Shown one piece after another: positions 37,816-40,909 of a stretch of DNA of 40,909 bases (positions within the stretch are counted from its first letter, which is position 1; every line of letters starts with the position of its first letter). Made by a program: the position numbers and the translations under genes. The notes beneath the pieces were generated by a model. It was not told the DNA's origin and did no database searches. It saw nothing but the letters and a program-made list of their open reading frames with translations. Origin of the DNA: Steroidobacterales bacterium (GTDB lineage: Bacteria > Pseudomonadota > Gammaproteobacteria > Steroidobacterales > Steroidobacteraceae); NCBI GenBank assembly GCA_044440325.1, contig JBIODE010000001.1:1-40909 (forward strand). Reading direction: 5' to 3'.

Positions 37816-40800
37816 TGGCGCGCGTCGGTCGAGCAATCGCCTGGATAGTGGCCGCAGCGCTGCTGCTCGCGGCCGGCGCAATCACCGCTGTATGGATTGC
37901 GGCCAGCAGCGATCCGGGTCGCCGACTGATCGAACGCGCGCTCGCGCGCGTGAGCGGCGGCCAGATCATTGCCGCGGGGCTGGCAGGTCACTTCCCCGGT
38001 GATCTGCGGCTCGCGCATTTGGAGCTGCGCGACCGCCAAGGGGCGTGGGCCGAAGCCGATAATCTGCGGCTGCAGTGGTCGCCGGGCGCGCTGGCGCATG
38101 GGCAAGTGCGCATCGAGCTGTTGCAGATTGGTCAAGCGCAAATCGCGCGCGCGCCGCTGTCCACGGCCGCTTCGGGCTCGAGCCGGCAAGTGGGCCGCTT
38201 CTGGACTCACATCGATCTGCTGCGTCTGGAAGTGCTGCGCCTGGGCTTGGGCGCGCCGTTGATGGGAACCCCGGTAGCGATGCAGGTGATCGGCAGCGGC
38301 CAGCTGCATTCGCTGCAGGACGCGAGCGTGGTGCTCGCGGTCGATCGCCTCGACGCTCCGGGGCGCTACCATCTGTCCGCGCAATTCGACGCAGCGCAGA
38401 TGACTGCGGTGCTGCAGCTGGCCGAGCCGGCCGGCGGACCGCTGGCGAATCTGCTGCAGCTGCCCGCCCTCGGCGCGCTCTCGGCGCAGCTGCGCCTGCA
38501 AGGCCCGCGCAACGCCGAAGTGCTCGACGCGAGCGTTGCCGCCGGCCCGCTGCGCGCGAGGGCTTCGGGGAGTTTGAATCTGAAGCAGCAAAGCGCCGAC
38601 CTGGCGATCTCAATCACGGCGCCGTCAATGGCGCCGCGCGCGGACCTGTCCTGGGAAGGCGTTTCGCTGCAGGGACGCTGGCAAGGCACGCTTGCTGCGG
38701 CCATGACCAGCGCCCATCTGGAGATCGCGCGGCTCGTGGCGGCCGGCGGCAGCGCGAGCAGCATCAGCGCCGATCTTCGCGGCGAACGCGGCGCGCTGCA
38801 GCTGACCGGCCTGCTGCGGGGCGTGCGTCTTCCCGGGCCGCAGCCGGAGCTGTTGGCGGCCGCGCCGATTGCGGTCCGGGCAACGGCGAATCTGGGTAGC
38901 GCGACGCGCGCCGTAACGTTCGCGATTTCCCATCCCCTCGCCAGCATGCGCGGGAGCGCCGCTCTCGGCGCCGATCGCAGCCTCCTACTCACGGCAACGG
39001 TGCCGACGCTCAAGCCGCTGGCCGCGCTGGCGGGCGTGGATCTCGACGGGCGCGGTACCGTCACTCTGCGGGCCGCGATGCGCAACACTGCCGCCGCACC
39101 GCTGCGCCTGGATCTCGACGCCACCATCGATGCCGCGCCGGGAGCATCGCCGCTGGCTGCGCTGCTCGCCGGCGGCGCCAAGATCGGCGTCACGGCAAGC
39201 ATCGTGGGCGAGCAGGTGCGCATCAGCAAGGCACACATCGACAGCAAGCTGCTGAATGCGACGGTGGAGGGCTCGCGCACGGCACAGACTCTGGAGGCGC
39301 GCTGGCAGCTTGCGATAGCGAGTCTGCAGGCGCTCTCGCCGGCGTTGCAGGGCAGGCTCTCGGCGCAGGGACAGTTGAGTGGGCCGGTACGAGAGCTGCG
39401 CGCCGAGGCGGATTTGAGCGGCGAGTTCGCAATTCACGGTTCGAGGAGCGGTCCGATGGAAGCTCACCTGCGTGCCACCGGACTGCCTGCGAGTCCCGCG
39501 GGTAGCCTCGATCTGCGCGGCACGTTGGACGGTGCGCCGCTGCGGCTCCGCGCAGTGGCTGGCCGCGGCGCAAACGGCACCTTGCGGCTGAGTCTCGAAC
39601 GCGGCGAGTGGAAAAGCGCTCACGCCGAGGGCGTGATGTCGCTGCCTGCCAATGGCGCGAACCCTCAGGGGCGCATCGCCTTGCGCATGAGTCGCCTCGC
39701 GGATCTGCAGACGCTGCTGGCCACCGCGATGCAGGGCAGTATCGCCGGGGAGCTGCATTTCGCGCCGAGCGGCGCGCGCAGCCGCGGGGAGCTGCGGGCA
39801 GAGGCCCGCGATCTGGCGTTCGCTGAGCGGCACGTCGGTACCGTGGCACTCTCGGTGGTCGTCGATCAGCTCGATATGAACAGCAAGCGTGCGACGGCGA
39901 GCGCGCTGCAGCTGCAGATTCAGGATCGTGTACTGCGTCTGCTGGCGCCGGCGCGCTTCGCCTTCGGCGACGGCTTCACGGTCAATCATCTGCGTTTAGG
40001 CCTGCAGCAGGCAGTGCTCGAAGTCGATGGCCGTCTCGCGCCGCAGCTCGATCTTCGTGCCACGTTGAGCAACATCACGCCGCAGTTGCTGCAGGCCGTT
40101 GCAGACGGGCGGCTCGGCGGCGCGATGGTGGCAGCGGCCGACGGCACACTCAGCGCCGATGCCCGCCTGACGGGCAGCACGGCCGCGCCGCGCGGCAGCG
40201 TACACGTCACGGCCACCGGTCTGCATGTTCGTGCCGGCGCGGCAAGCGCGTTGCCGCCGGCGGACTTTTCCGCAACGGCGAACCTGGGGGAGGGCAGCGC
40301 CAAGATCCAGCTTGCGCTGAGCGCCGGCGCGCTACTGCAGCTGCATGCGAACGGCTCGGTGCCGCTGTCGGGGCAGGCGGTGCTCGACGTACACGCGGGT
40401 GGTCAGCTCAATCTCAGCCTTGCCAACCCCCTTCTCGAGGCGAACGGGCGGCGGGTGCAGGGACAGCTGCAGATCGACGCGGCGCTGTCGGGGAGCTACT
40501 CGGCCCCGCAGGCGCGCGGTACCGTGCATCTTCTGCATGGGGAACTGCAGGACTACGCCCGGGGCGCACACTTAACCGACATTTCGGCGTCGATCGAGGC
40601 AGGCGGCGACACGCTGCGGCTCACGAGCTTTAGCGCGCGTGCCGGCTCCGGAACGGTGTCGATGAGCGGCAGCTTCGGTGCGCTGCGGCCGGAGTTGCCG
40701 CTGGACCTGACGCTGAGCGCGCACAACGCGCAACCGCTCGCGAGCGATCTGCTCACGGCGAATCTCGATCTGAACCTCAGCCTGCGCGGACAATTGCGCC

Positions 40801-40909
40801 GGCACGTCGAGGTTGCGGGCCGCATCCGGGTCAACCGCGCCGACATCAATATTCCCACCGCACTGCCGGCAAGTGTTGCGGTACTCGACGTGCGTCGACC
40901 GGGCCACGC
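37815..40909 (+). CDS. tamB: Translocation and assembly module protein TamB, N-terminal 1031 codons (3' end lies outside the window)
   Basis: This ORF is absent from the ORF track because no stop occurs before the window end. My own translation from ATG 37815 (TGATG overlap with the tamA stop) gives MARVGRAIAWIVAAALLLAAGAITAVWIAASS (signal anchor). That is followed by more than 1000 aa of A/L/G/R-rich repetitive beta-type sequence with no stop, and G/C-rich third positions throughout. Position directly after tamA. Confidence 0.8.
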   Translation, partial: MARVGRAIAWIVAAALLLAAGAITAVWIAASSDPGRRLIERALARVSGGQIIAAGLAGHFPGDLRLAHLELRDRQGAWAEADNLRLQWSPGALAHGQVRIELLQIGQAQIARAPLSTAASGSSRQVGRFWTHIDLLRLEVLRLGLGAPLMGTPVAMQVIGSGQLHSLQDASVVLAVDRLDAPGRYHLSAQFDAAQMTAVLQLAEPAGGPLANLLQLPALGALSAQLRLQGPRNAEVLDASVAAGPLRARASGSLNLKQQSADLAISITAPSMAPRADLSWEGVSLQGRWQGTLAAAMTSAHLEIARLVAAGGSASSISADLRGERGALQLTGLLRGVRLPGPQPELLAAAPIAVRATANLGSATRAVTFAISHPLASMRGSAALGADRSLLLTATVPTLKPLAALAGVDLDGRGTVTLRAAMRNTAAAPLRLDLDATIDAAPGASPLAALLAGGAKIGVTASIVGEQVRISKAHIDSKLLNATVEGSRTAQTLEARWQLAIASLQALSPALQGRLSAQGQLSGPVRELRAEADLSGEFAIHGSRSGPMEAHLRATGLPASPAGSLDLRGTLDGAPLRLRAVAGRGANGTLRLSLERGEWKSAHAEGVMSLPANGANPQGRIALRMSRLADLQTLLATAMQGSIAGELHFAPSGARSRGELRAEARDLAFAERHVGTVALSVVVDQLDMNSKRATASALQLQIQDRVLRLLAPARFAFGDGFTVNHLRLGLQQAVLEVDGRLAPQLDLRATLSNITPQLLQAVADGRLGGAMVAAADGTLSADARLTGSTAAPRGSVHVTATGLHVRAGAASALPPADFSATANLGEGSAKIQLALSAGALLQLHANGSVPLSGQAVLDVHAGGQLNLSLANPLLEANGRRVQGQLQIDAALSGSYSAPQARGTVHLLHGELQDYARGAHLTDISASIEAGGDTLRLTSFSARAGSGTVSMSGSFGALRPELPLDLTLSAHNAQPLASDLLTANLDLNLSLRGQLRRHVEVAGRIRVNRADINIPTALPASVAVLDVRRPGH

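Noticed and set aside
38075-38899. A 274-aa plus-strand ORF and several minus-strand ORFs (for example 38366-39280 and 38985-39989) inside the tamB region.
   Set aside because: They are off-frame relative to the uninterrupted reading frame of more than 1000 codons that starts at 37815 and follows tamA. Their composition is Arg/Ala/Gly-rich shadow-frame type.

Overview
This is a very GC-rich proteobacterial (beta/gamma-type) core-chromosome segment; G+C looks like roughly two thirds by eye and was not computed. I support 36 tightly packed protein-coding genes. I saw no rRNA, tRNA, CRISPR array, transposase, integrase or phage gene. Gene order, with '<' marking minus-strand genes: smc (3' part)-zipA-ligA; PpiC-type lipoprotein<bolA-like<yciB; yciO-trpS-scpA-scpB-rluB-like; yciK<SQS/PSY-like<HAD phosphatase<ubiG; gyrA-serC-serA-pheA-hisC-aroA-cmk-rpsA-ihfB-galU-motA-motB; cpxA-like<cpxR-like; small lipoprotein, PRC-barrel protein; BASS transporter<REC-GGDEF(degenerate)-EAL; panE-tamA-tamB (5' part). 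Ten gene junctions are 1-4 nt stop/start overlaps (ATGA, GTGA, TTGA, TGATG). I used these overlaps to revise several starts relative to the raw ORF track. The many long ORFs antisense to these genes are GC-rich shadow frames. I did not find a convincing undescribed multi-gene system; the window reads as conserved housekeeping synteny. The points most worth a second look are: (1) the RluB-position pseudouridine synthase homolog has no GRLD catalytic motif; (2) a CpxRA-like pair faces a small two-Cys lipoprotein where CpxP would be expected; (3) an SQS/PSY-fold protein without the first Asp-rich motif sits between ubiG/HAD phosphatase and yciK; (4) a (TCTAG)x3 block puts stops in all six frames between two convergent genes; (5) a sigma-28-type promoter candidate lies upstream of motAB. 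All functional calls come from recognising motifs in the supplied translations; no database search was run.
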